A stretch of DNA of 64,000 nt from Candidatus Bathyarchaeota archaeon (GTDB taxonomy: Archaea > Thermoproteota > Bathyarchaeia > Bathyarchaeales > Bathycorpusculaceae): NCBI GenBank assembly GCA_963767735.1, contig CAVYES010000007.1, positions 160,001 to 224,000 of the forward strand, written 5' to 3'. The notes beneath the pieces were generated by a model, which worked only from the letters and a program-made list of their open reading frames with translations, was not told the DNA's origin and made no database searches. Shown in pieces: positions 10,162 through 19,270 of the stretch (position 1 is its first letter; every line of letters starts with the position of its first letter). Both the position numbers and the translations under genes were made by a program.

Positions 10162-10683
10162 TTGGCGAAAATTAATCCAGGCTCAAATTTCAATGAAGAT
10201 AACGATATTCGAACCGCGCATCCAGGCGGTCTGCAAAATATTAACTTCATAGAACCTAAAATTGACGATAAGGGTAAACTTCACTGCCCAACTTGCGATA
10301 GAGTTTTTAGTTCAAGAGAAGATTACATCAGCCACGCTTTATCTAAACATCAGACCATAGAGCCAAATCGCGCGCGCAAGTTTTTAGCTACGGTTCCATA
10401 CAATATTGGTTTTCATTTTTTCATATCTGAAGGCAGATACACGGGGGAAACAGCTGTTAGTTTAGCAACATTTGCCAGAGAAGTTGAAGTGGCACCGATT
10501 GAATCGATCGATTTTCATTTCAAAAGATCTGACTTCCAAAAGTGGATAGCAGACACCATTAGAGACACTGAATTGTCAACGTCAATCGGAAACGTTGAAA
10601 AAGAACTTGCGGGTGAACCATTGAGAAAAAGACTTCTCTCGATCATAAATGCGCGGGTAAAGGAACTGGAAAATCAAATATAA
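10162..10683 (+). CDS. C2H2 zinc finger + DUF5752-like domain protein
   Basis: CPTC...H....H finger, then FHF...GETAVSL...IESIDFH...DFQKWI; SD GGAGGTGA upstream. Confidence 0.75.
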   Translation: MAKINPGSNFNEDNDIRTAHPGGLQNINFIEPKIDDKGKLHCPTCDRVFSSREDYISHALSKHQTIEPNRARKFLATVPYNIGFHFFISEGRYTGETAVSLATFAREVEVAPIESIDFHFKRSDFQKWIADTIRDTELSTSIGNVEKELAGEPLRKRLLSIINARVKELENQI

Positions 10684-10718
10684 CATTCGTGCAATCTAGG
10701 CGAAGAAAATAATCAAAC

Positions 10719-10760
10719 GGGGCTAACGCTTTTTTTCTAAGCGCCCCTTTTTATTTTTTT
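10719..10760 (+). terminator. Possible hairpin/oligo-T terminator
   Basis: GGGG..CGCT/AGCG-CCCC stem followed by T tracts after the DUF5752 gene. Confidence 0.4.
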
Positions 10761-10865
10761 AGTTTCTAGTGTTTTTGAGCCCTCCTGATCTAATTAACCT
10801 CTGGCTATACAGTTGTCATAAATCTAAGCAATCTTTTAAGCTAACTAAACTCTATAAATATAGGC

Positions 10866-11272
10866 ATGCCTCAAAAAAAAGCGAAGATAGTTGTCACAGA
10901 ACTAAATGAAAGAAGCGGAAAAGGTCTTGCTTTAGACAAACAGATTTTGCTGACCGAAAATATGCAGCAGCCCAAACTGCGAAGAGCATGTGAACATTAC
11001 GTTAAGAACTGGCATGATTTCTATCATGCAGGCCTGTTTTTTCAATGTCTTTCGAGGCTGTAGGCGGCAATCCTGATGAATTCCTACAAGCCCAAGCTGC
11101 CATAGCCATATTGGCTACCTCATTTGACTTGCATGATGATGTCTTGGACAAGTCTCACAAAACCTTTCGCCTTGCTGGAGCTTGGTGCCCTTCCACGCGG
11201 CTTTCTTCCCATGAGCTGCGCAATTTCTTCTCGATTTGCTTCATCAGTCTATGGAATCTGTTGAACTATTAG
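10866..11272 (+). pseudogene. Truncated, frameshifted polyprenyl-synthase-like paralog
   Basis: Two ORF pieces join (HAGLF/SFEAVGG...DLHDDVLDKS) and align with 11387-12376; similarity stops right after the first Asp-rich motif (~11160). Confidence 0.75.
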
Positions 11273-11386
11273 GCTTTGTTTCGCTTCCAGCAACGAACGC
11301 TAACTCAAAATATAAGGGGAGTTTAGAAAAAGATAGCATAGTTTTGGGAAAACAATATATCCGTTCGAAAGCAAATAAAGAACTTT

Positions 11387-12376
11387 ATGGCAAGTGAAAA
11401 TCGAACCGAAAAAGCGATGAAGATTCTGAACGAAAAAAGCGAAAAAGCACGTGCCATTGTAAAACATTCAATCCTTGAAAAACAAATTGGAATAGGGAAA
11501 GTAGACAAGGCTATTGGCCAATATCTTTCAAGATGGAATGATACCACTCGACCCGGCGTGCTTGCGCTCGCCTGCGAAGCAGTAGGCGGAAAAAGAGAAG
11601 TTGTGCCTTTGCAGGCTGCATTATTATTCATCGATGCCACAATGGATATTCATGACGACATCATTGACGAGTCAGTCACTAAGAAGAACAGGAAGACAGT
11701 TTATGGTAAGATAGGGAAGGAGGCGACCTTACTTATTGGTGATGCGTTCATGGTTGAGGGCTTCTACTATCTTCACAAAGCAATAGAAAACCTTCCGACA
11801 GCCCAGAAACTAATGATTATGGACGGAGTAAAAGATTTTCTTTCAGAAGTGGTGGAAGCGCACATATCCGAGGCTCCTTTAAAAACAAAAAAATCGAAAT
11901 TAAGACCCGAAACATACTTCCAGATTTTGACAAAAAAAGCCGCTGATATCGAGGGTCACATGAAAGTGGGCGCTATCTACGGCTGCGGCTCGGCAAAACA
12001 AATAGAGCTTATGAGTAATTATGGGAGAAATATAGGCATTCTTTTGGCGGTAAAATCGGAATTTGTTGACGTTTTTGAGCCTAAGGAGCTTACGCACAGG
12101 ATAAAATATGAAGTCTTACCGCTTCCAGTTCTTTACGCACTGAGAAGCCCTAAATATGGGAAGCAGATCCGAGAAATCTTGAAAAGAGATTGCCTCACCA
12201 ATGAGGATTGTAGAGAGCTTGTAGAAATTGTCTACGAGACAAAAGAGATTGCACTCTTAAAACTACGCATGAAAGATTTAGAAAAAGAGGCGATTATTAC
12301 AACAGATTTACTATCAAACAAAAAGGTTAAAGAAGAGCTTCAGCTATTGGCGGCTTCCATGATAGAAGACCTATAA
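11387..12376 (+). CDS. Divergent trans-prenyltransferase (polyprenyl synthetase fold), candidate ComQ-like peptide prenyltransferase
   Basis: First Asp-rich motif DIHDDIID and LLIGD intact; second motif replaced by AVKSEFVD. Confidence 0.85.
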   Translation: MASENRTEKAMKILNEKSEKARAIVKHSILEKQIGIGKVDKAIGQYLSRWNDTTRPGVLALACEAVGGKREVVPLQAALLFIDATMDIHDDIIDESVTKKNRKTVYGKIGKEATLLIGDAFMVEGFYYLHKAIENLPTAQKLMIMDGVKDFLSEVVEAHISEAPLKTKKSKLRPETYFQILTKKAADIEGHMKVGAIYGCGSAKQIELMSNYGRNIGILLAVKSEFVDVFEPKELTHRIKYEVLPLPVLYALRSPKYGKQIREILKRDCLTNEDCRELVEIVYETKEIALLKLRMKDLEKEAIITTDLLSNKKVKEELQLLAASMIEDL

Positions 12377-12380
12377 ATAC

Positions 12381-12431
12381 TTACCAAGCAAGTACCTTTG
12401 GTTTTTTCCTAATTGCTCGACGCTTCTCCAT
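12381..12431 (-). CDS. Unannotated 16-aa basic peptide ending in Trp (MEKRRAIRKKPKVLAW), candidate prenylated-peptide precursor
   Basis: ATG preceded by SD AGGTGAGGAG; TATA box CTTATAAG about 40 bp upstream; stop 4 bp from the prenyltransferase stop. Confidence 0.75.
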   Translation of the reverse strand: MEKRRAIRKKPKVLAW

Positions 12432-12482
12432 TTCTCCTCACCTGTATATCTGTTCAACACCTCTACGCTTATAAGCTTTGTC
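12432..12482 (-). promoter_or_regulatory. Archaeal promoter and SD for the 16-aa peptide
   Basis: Minus strand reads ACAAAG-CTTATAAG...ACAGGTGAGGAGAA-ATG (purine-rich BRE, TATA, SD). Confidence 0.6.
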
Positions 12483-12562
12483 ATTATACAAGACACGAAA
12501 AGCAACAAACATAGCTAAAATTAATATTAACAATCCGCAAAATTAGTATTCATAAACGCGCT

Positions 12563-13897
12563 GTGCTTAGTAGAGAGAAAATGCGCAAAATCCAAATCAG
12601 AGAGTCCTTTCCTTCACTATTTCTGCTGATCAATAGCATTGTCTGGTTCTCTCTCTCATGGCTACTTATTCAAAACTACATAGGCAACACTTCTTTCAGC
12701 AACATTTTGCTCGTATCATCCGCCTATTTTGGGGCACTTCTCTTATCAGCCATAGTTGGAGCTACATTGCTGCGTAAGAAATTAGCAGGAAAAATCGCGT
12801 TGTTATCATGGGTTTCGCTTGGAGCAGTCGCATGCCTGCTTTCGGCAGTTTTGGTTCATGGGGCAAGTTCGATCGGCCTGGTTTTTTTTTCAATTCTTCT
12901 CGGTGCATTGGCTGGATTAGGTATCCCAACTTGCCTCGCATTATTTTCAGAAGTTACAAAATCAACTAATCGCGGACGCAGCGGAGCAATAGTATTCTTT
13001 CTTATTCAAGCAGTGACGGTTCTAATCTATATTCCCGCTATCAATATAAATGTTGATAACGATTTCTTGGTTCTCGCTGCATGGAGAATCGTGGGCGTAC
13101 TAAGCATATTTTTCTGGGTGCCTCATGAGAAAATTTCTGAGCAGAGCAAAAGTAAGCTCTTAAGCATCATTCGTGAAAGAACTGTTTTTCTCTTATTCAT
13201 TCCATGGTTTCTACTCACCACCGTAAACTTCGTGGAACAGCCTCTAATCCAGCATTACTTTGGAACAGACCTGTACAACACCTACCAGATGGTCGAAATC
13301 GTAATTATTGGCGCTTCAGCTTTTATCGGAGGAGTAATTTGCGACTTCAGAGGACGAAAGGTTTCAGGTATTATAGGCTTTATCTTGTTAGGCGTAGGCT
13401 ACGCTTTTCTAAGCCTTTTATCTGGAACCCAGATTTCCCAAATTCTATGGGTCTTGTGTGATGGAGTTGCTTGGGGATTCTTATATGTTACATTCATCTT
13501 CGTTGTCTGGGGAGATATTTCCCAGGGAAGAGTCCCTGAAAAGTATTACCTTTTAGGCGGCATACCGTTTCTATTATCCAACTTGATCTCAGTTTTGGTC
13601 CAACCTTTTGTAGAGTATGTTCCAATAACCACTTCGTTCTCTTTTGCCAGCTTCTTCTTATTTGTAGCAATTTTGCCTCTACTGTACGCCCCTGAAACTC
13701 TGCCCGAGAAAGCCCTCAAAGACAGAGACCTAAAGGGATACGCAGAGAAAGCCCTTAAGCAGGCCAACAAGGAGGCAAGCAAAAACCAGAAAAAAGATTC
13801 AGCCAAGGCTGAAAAAGAAAACGCGAGCGGAAATGAAGAGTCTGAAGAGAACCCTGCATATGAGAAAGCTCGAAAGTTAGCGGAAAAATACTATTAA
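12563..13897 (+). CDS. MFS-fold membrane protein with charged C-terminal tail
   Basis: About 12 TM segments, GVICDFRGRK motif-A-like loop, PETLPEK after the last helix. Confidence 0.8.
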   Translation: MLSREKMRKIQIRESFPSLFLLINSIVWFSLSWLLIQNYIGNTSFSNILLVSSAYFGALLLSAIVGATLLRKKLAGKIALLSWVSLGAVACLLSAVLVHGASSIGLVFFSILLGALAGLGIPTCLALFSEVTKSTNRGRSGAIVFFLIQAVTVLIYIPAININVDNDFLVLAAWRIVGVLSIFFWVPHEKISEQSKSKLLSIIRERTVFLLFIPWFLLTTVNFVEQPLIQHYFGTDLYNTYQMVEIVIIGASAFIGGVICDFRGRKVSGIIGFILLGVGYAFLSLLSGTQISQILWVLCDGVAWGFLYVTFIFVVWGDISQGRVPEKYYLLGGIPFLLSNLISVLVQPFVEYVPITTSFSFASFFLFVAILPLLYAPETLPEKALKDRDLKGYAEKALKQANKEASKNQKKDSAKAEKENASGNEESEENPAYEKARKLAEKYY

Positions 13898-13898
13898 G

Positions 13899-15056
13899 TT
13901 GGAGTCGCATTCTCAACTCTGCATGTTCTTCCACGTAATAGTGACAACCAAGTGCAATTTGCAGTGCCGCTACTGTTTCGGTGAGTCACTGGATGACTTT
14001 GACGAAAGCTTTGGCGACGATATAGAGGTAGATTATGCTCTTCCCGGCAAAATAAACTATGATGTAGAGCTGCTGGAAAAGTTTTGCCGAAAGGACCCGG
14101 ATTGCGTCCTAACTTTTTACGGCGGCGAACCCTTGCTTGGTGCTAACAAAATCAAGCAGGTAATGGACAATGTTGAGGCCAAGCTTTTTATGATTCAGAC
14201 AAACGGGTTGCTGCTTGATAAGCTCGAGCCAAAATACGTTAACCGCTTTCACACTATTTTAGTATCTGTTGATGGCGAAGAAGCTTTAACTGATTATTAC
14301 AGGGGAAACGGAACTTTCCGCAAAGTCGTAAACAACCTCAAATTAATCAAGAAAAACGGCTTCAGAGGAGAATTAATTGCTAGAATGACAATAATGGAGC
14401 AAACAGACATCGACAAACAAGTCCGATGGCTCTTAGACAACGATGAATTTTCGTTTTCCTCAGTGCATTGGCAATTGAACGCTGGTTTTTGGGGAAACGA
14501 TTACCAAAGGCGCAACTTTGAACCATGGACAGAGACAAGCTACATTCCTGGCGTAAAAAAGCTTGCAAGATTCTGGGTGGACCAAATGGAGGAGGAGAAG
14601 GGCGTTGTTTTGAAGCTTTACCCTTTGCTGGGAATTGCCAATTCGCTTTTGCGTGGAGAGAAAAATTGTTTTATGCGTTGTGGAGGAGGCTGGATAAACT
14701 ATGCCATTCAAACTGACGGTTACATAATTCCTTGCCCAACCATGTGGGGGATGAAAAAGTACTATTTAGGCAACATTAGCAATACTGATCCATGTAAAAT
14801 AAAGAAAATTTTTGTTGACCAGCCGCCATGTACAAAATGCTCGATTCTGAACGTTTGTGGCGGAAGATGCCTGTATGCAAATATAACTAAACGATGGAAT
14901 GATGAAGATTACAGTAAAGTTTGCCGCACAGTTGCAAAACTCGCTGACGCTGTTAAGGCTGAGGTTCCACGGATTCAGCATTTGCTCAAGAAAGGAAAAG
15001 TCAACATAAAAGATTTCGATTTCATCAAGTATAATGGGTGCGAAATTATACCATAG
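13899..15056 (+). CDS. Radical SAM/SPASM protein resembling the archaeal AF0577 (TIGR04084) family; likely start ATG 13923
   Basis: CNLQCRYC, FYGGEP and QTNG; SPASM cysteines CGGG...PCP...CTKC..LNVCGGRC. Confidence 0.85.
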   Translation: MESHSQLCMFFHVIVTTKCNLQCRYCFGESLDDFDESFGDDIEVDYALPGKINYDVELLEKFCRKDPDCVLTFYGGEPLLGANKIKQVMDNVEAKLFMIQTNGLLLDKLEPKYVNRFHTILVSVDGEEALTDYYRGNGTFRKVVNNLKLIKKNGFRGELIARMTIMEQTDIDKQVRWLLDNDEFSFSSVHWQLNAGFWGNDYQRRNFEPWTETSYIPGVKKLARFWVDQMEEEKGVVLKLYPLLGIANSLLRGEKNCFMRCGGGWINYAIQTDGYIIPCPTMWGMKKYYLGNISNTDPCKIKKIFVDQPPCTKCSILNVCGGRCLYANITKRWNDEDYSKVCRTVAKLADAVKAEVPRIQHLLKKGKVNIKDFDFIKYNGCEIIP

Positions 15057-15079
15057 CTCTTGAGGTTATCCATTATATG

Positions 15080-16390
15080 TCATTTCCTTTTTCTGAATAG
15101 TTTGTGTCCTTCTATTTCAGCGTGAAACTCGAATCCGACTTCTATTAGTTTGATTGCGTCTTCCATTGTATCTGCCACTTTGACAGTGAATTGGTCGTTT
15201 GCGTCGCCGTTATAGAGCATTTCTTCGAGGTGAATGTAGTTTTCTGTTGAGGTGATGCTTTTGTGTCCTAGAATCATTTTAACGTGCCATGGGTCTTTAG
15301 TTTTATGTTGTTCTGTGGTTGCTTTCCAATGTCTGAAAGTGTGGAAGTGAATTAGTATCAGTTTTGGGTTAGCTTGGCGTTCTATTATTCTTCTTTTCTG
15401 TAGGAAGAAGCTAGTTCGCATGTCGTCTGCACTGGCAAATATTTTGTTTTTCCTTGCGGGGTTTCTGTTGATTCTAGGAAGCCTTGAAACCATTTCAATA
15501 GCTTTAGCGGATAGCGGCAATATTCTGCTGTTGGATCCTTTTTCTGCTTTTATCCTTACTTTTCGTTGTTCCCAATCTATCGAGAGCCAATCAAGTTCCG
15601 CTATTTCGCCACATCTTGCGCCCGTTTCTTTTAGTAATTGGCAAAAACACGCTTGTTTCTTTCCTAGAGCTGCGATTAATAGGTCTATTTCGTTTTCTGT
15701 GGGTATGTATGGAATTTCGTGTTCGTCGGAGTATTTTGGGACTCGCCATCTTATTTGATTGTAATCAAACCAGCTTCCCAATATTCCTGTAACAGTTTTC
15801 TTTGTGCTTTCTTTAATCGTTGATTTAGCCAACGCTGCCTTAGTGCTTTCGGGATCAAATAGATCTGCTCCGTCCTGCAATAACCGCTTGAAGGATTTTC
15901 GATAGTTTAAGATTGTGCCGTCTTTTCTTCCATCATTCTTTAGCTGTATAAGGAATTTCTCGATTTGCAGCCATGCTTTAACTTCGTTTTCTGTTGGTGA
16001 CTGTTTCCCTTTCTCCGCGCAAGTCTTGATTTCTTGCGTGGAAGCCAAATTTTTCGCATCCTGCGGGATTACGCTTATTTGACTATTTACTTTGTAGGCT
16101 AATTCCTTTTTAAATGATTGTTCAGAAAGATGCTTACTAAATCTGTGCCCATAATCCGCACACCTGTACCGTTGGATGGGCTCGATTGATTGTGCATTTA
16201 ACGGTGCATCTCTGAAACCATCTTTGAATATTCGGTCACTCCCACATTCGGGGCATTCCATAGGCTGAGGCTCTGTAGGTGGGCATTGCGTCTGGCATGT
16301 TTGCCACTCCCCAGAAAACGCATTATCTAATCCCGCAGATGCAATACTTGAGGAGCTGCCCTTTTCCTGAACCTCAACCATAACTTTCAA
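15080..16390 (-). CDS. Tyrosine recombinase/integrase with N-terminal Zn ribbon
   Basis: TGARCGE, HTFRH and LGHKSITSTENY catalytic motifs; CPECGS...YRC N-terminal ribbon. Confidence 0.92.
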   Translation of the reverse strand: MKVMVEVQEKGSSSSIASAGLDNAFSGEWQTCQTQCPPTEPQPMECPECGSDRIFKDGFRDAPLNAQSIEPIQRYRCADYGHRFSKHLSEQSFKKELAYKVNSQISVIPQDAKNLASTQEIKTCAEKGKQSPTENEVKAWLQIEKFLIQLKNDGRKDGTILNYRKSFKRLLQDGADLFDPESTKAALAKSTIKESTKKTVTGILGSWFDYNQIRWRVPKYSDEHEIPYIPTENEIDLLIAALGKKQACFCQLLKETGARCGEIAELDWLSIDWEQRKVRIKAEKGSNSRILPLSAKAIEMVSRLPRINRNPARKNKIFASADDMRTSFFLQKRRIIERQANPKLILIHFHTFRHWKATTEQHKTKDPWHVKMILGHKSITSTENYIHLEEMLYNGDANDQFTVKVADTMEDAIKLIEVGFEFHAEIEGHKLFRKRK

Positions 16391-18981
16391 GGCTCCTCCT
16401 TATCATCAAAACTTGGTATATCAGGAAAAGCTGTCGCAAAGTTGGCGTTAGTGAAGGTTTGCTTTAACTGTTGATAACAGTTCTCGCAGCGTCTAAGTAT
16501 GTCTTTTTGAGGCGTAATGATTTGCTTTGTGACTGCTAAAGCTGTGCAAGCTTCGCATTTTTCACCGGTTGGAATATCTTTGACATAAAAAATGGGCTGA
16601 TGCTGGCCGAGTTTGCCTTCAATCGGTTTCTCCTCTTTCCTCTTTGTCCTTTCAGGAAACACAAGCAAATTGCAACTTTTTTCGCTATCGAGCCTTGATT
16701 CTTGCTCTATTGGCTTCCTATCACTTATTACCTCCGAGGCCCAATATTTTTTCCTCAACACCTCAGGAACGTCAACCAAGGTCTCCTTGCTGTCCTGATG
16801 ATTCTCCGAAAAACTTTTTGCCACCTCTGAGCAGATAAGATGAGAAGATAGAGATAAGAATGATTTAAGCTCGTTTGGGTAATTGGCTTTGTATTCGCTT
16901 ATCTTTTCTGAAAAGACAAACGAATTAACGCTATTTTGCCCATTCACAATTTCATATTGAAAAGGCTTACTACTTTCAACCTCTTTGAGATAGCCATTCT
17001 TAGCGAGTGTTTTCAAAATTCTGGCAGCTGTCACTGACGAGCAGCGCAGTTTTTCGGCTAATTGATTCTTGTTTAATTTATCGCTTTTTTCAATGATTTC
17101 TAAGGCTTCTTTCTGGCGTTTTTCTATCCTGGTGACTGTTTCAATTATAGCGGTTTCAAGGATAGTTAGGGCTAATTCTACATCTTCGCAATCAGCTATA
17201 ACATACGTGTTTTCCTCAAATGTCAGCTTTATCCGTTGCCTTTGGTGAATAAGCGCCAAGATTTTAATGACATTAAGTATCCTCTCGATTTGTGTTCTTA
17301 GAGCGACTTCTTGTTCTTTCTTGTTAGCTAAATCTATCAAGCCAAGAAGGGCAGTTGGTGGAAAAATTACGACTTCTAAGCTAAAATCTAACAAAGCAAG
17401 AGCATTTTTAAAGTCTTTTTCTGAATATACGCTCTTGTTTTGTTCTGGAAACAGTCTGGCTCTCAGGCTTTCCGGTATGCTGGCATCTCTCATTTTCTTA
17501 GCGCATACACGCTTTGTAAGCGTTAAGCTATCATTCATGCTATTTTTGAAAACGCGACGATATAGGTCAGCAGCAACATCTAACCCGCTGTCTGTTGAAA
17601 TAAAGTTTTTGGCGTTTGTTTGAGTTTCTCCTAAAGTCATCTTTCCGGTGATTTCATCGCGCATTGGATAGATTGTTTTAATTCCCTTTCCTTCGCCAAT
17701 AGATCTTAAGCCTAAGGTTCCAGTTTCGCTTCGTATTCCCGCTAACTCGTAAATTATCATTGTGCCTTTGAAGTCTTCAGGAAGGTACTTTATTGCCTCT
17801 GGCGTGCTGGTGGTGAATTCGAACAGCCAGTCTTCGGGAATTAAAGGACTTATTGCTCTTATGCTTTCGTTCTTTCCGCTGCCGCTGTGTCCTGTAATGA
17901 TTTCGCTTATTGGATAATGAGTTTGACCACTAATTGTGAAAATGAAGTTTTGTTTGATTAGATTGTCTTCACCAATTAGATGTTTACGGCCTAAAGATAA
18001 CGCGTGATCAAGCAGTTTTGGGTCCGCTAACAATTTTTCCGCCTTGGCTTTCTCTTCTTTTGTTGCTTCTTCGATGCTTTTTTGGGCTAATGGGCAGCCT
18101 TCGGGTTCGCAAACAGATTTTAAAATCGGATCATTGCAACCGTAAACATAGTTGCCCTGAAGGGCTGACTTGAGTAATGCTTCTATTTCTTTACTGTCCA
18201 GCTGCGGTTCATTAAATTTGTTCCAAGTTCTCAGAAGTTTTAAGCTGGCCTCTGCTTGGTATTGCTTGCAGTTCCCATAGTAGCTTGCTAATCTTATTCC
18301 ATGTTCATTTCTTAGGCCTTCTTCGGTTCCCTTTGTAAGTTCTCTGATACAGTTGGGGTTTTTTCCTCTGTATGATTGATCTGGAGCTTCTTTGCGGTCA
18401 AACCAGGTTTCGCTTTTCCCCTCAGATTTTTCTCCTCTAACGCCTGCGGCATAAAAAGCGTCCAAAAGCAAGCCTTCTAAGTCATTAAGGACAGCAGGTG
18501 AATTGTCATTTATTTTTTTGTAGTTTCGGCTGGGCGCCATAGCGCAATAAGTGTGCTCGCCGAGAAGTTCTATTGCACATTCATTATGGTATGTCTTTAG
18601 AGTCTTGGGCTTAGAATGTACGTAGTATGTCCAGTGTTGGCCTCCGCTTGGTGTTTCCTCGATCATTGTGGCAGGTAGCTCTTTTAAGACACGTTGACCT
18701 TTCTCAATAGCCTTTGGCGAAACATTTTTGACATCAAAATCAATTACTGCTAAGTATAGGCTGTCTTTGTTTTTTGTTCCACAAACAATGCCTATACCGT
18801 CAGCGTCAGAAAAGTTCAAGCTGTCAAATTCTTCTTGTGTTTGTCTCTGTGTTTGCCACTTTTCCCACTTTGTTAAGGGTTGTTTTACTTTTATTGTGAA
18901 TACGTTAAGCCCTATTTCATAGTAAGCTTGGGCCGCACCTAAAAGCTCTGATTTTGACCCGTTTTGCGTCATCATTGTCAC
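16387..18981 (-). CDS. Bifunctional primase/polymerase + PriCT-like + P-loop helicase-like + wHTH replication protein
   Basis: GIGIVCG, IDFDVK and TPSGGQH (Prim-Pol); EGLRN...WN..N (PriCT); GHSGSGKN Walker A; C-terminal wHTH and CxxC..CxxC. Confidence 0.85.
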   Translation of the reverse strand: MTMMTQNGSKSELLGAAQAYYEIGLNVFTIKVKQPLTKWEKWQTQRQTQEEFDSLNFSDADGIGIVCGTKNKDSLYLAVIDFDVKNVSPKAIEKGQRVLKELPATMIEETPSGGQHWTYYVHSKPKTLKTYHNECAIELLGEHTYCAMAPSRNYKKINDNSPAVLNDLEGLLLDAFYAAGVRGEKSEGKSETWFDRKEAPDQSYRGKNPNCIRELTKGTEEGLRNEHGIRLASYYGNCKQYQAEASLKLLRTWNKFNEPQLDSKEIEALLKSALQGNYVYGCNDPILKSVCEPEGCPLAQKSIEEATKEEKAKAEKLLADPKLLDHALSLGRKHLIGEDNLIKQNFIFTISGQTHYPISEIITGHSGSGKNESIRAISPLIPEDWLFEFTTSTPEAIKYLPEDFKGTMIIYELAGIRSETGTLGLRSIGEGKGIKTIYPMRDEITGKMTLGETQTNAKNFISTDSGLDVAADLYRRVFKNSMNDSLTLTKRVCAKKMRDASIPESLRARLFPEQNKSVYSEKDFKNALALLDFSLEVVIFPPTALLGLIDLANKKEQEVALRTQIERILNVIKILALIHQRQRIKLTFEENTYVIADCEDVELALTILETAIIETVTRIEKRQKEALEIIEKSDKLNKNQLAEKLRCSSVTAARILKTLAKNGYLKEVESSKPFQYEIVNGQNSVNSFVFSEKISEYKANYPNELKSFLSLSSHLICSEVAKSFSENHQDSKETLVDVPEVLRKKYWASEVISDRKPIEQESRLDSEKSCNLLVFPERTKRKEEKPIEGKLGQHQPIFYVKDIPTGEKCEACTALAVTKQIITPQKDILRRCENCYQQLKQTFTNANFATAFPDIPSFDDKEEP

Positions 18982-19229
18982 CGTTTTCCTAGATTTGATG
19001 AAAACTCGTCACATGCTTCTGACCGTGCAATTTGGTTGATTTTACCTTTTAAGCAACGACCAACCCAGCTTGAGCAGTCCCAGCATCGGTTTATAGATTT
19101 TCCATTGATGGCTTGATTAAGCAAGTTAGCGGCGAGCGCTGCACAGTCTCTGAGAGCCTCGGAATATCCTTCGGGAAAAGGTTCCCCCTCTTCCTGAAAT
19201 GATGTTTTAATGCAACAGTTGACTGCCAT
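18978..19229 (-). CDS. Small Cys-rich hypothetical protein
   Basis: CWDC...C...C; overlaps the primase start. Confidence 0.6.
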   Translation of the reverse strand: MAVNCCIKTSFQEEGEPFPEGYSEALRDCAALAANLLNQAINGKSINRCWDCSSWVGRCLKGKINQIARSEACDEFSSNLGKR

Positions 19230-19270
19230 TTATCTGTGACACTCCAATTTGATTTGTTTTCTAAGTAAAC

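Noticed and set aside
15057-15079. attL/attR direct repeat for the integrated element
   Set aside because: No matching repeat found by eye between 27 and 32 kb; boundaries left approximate
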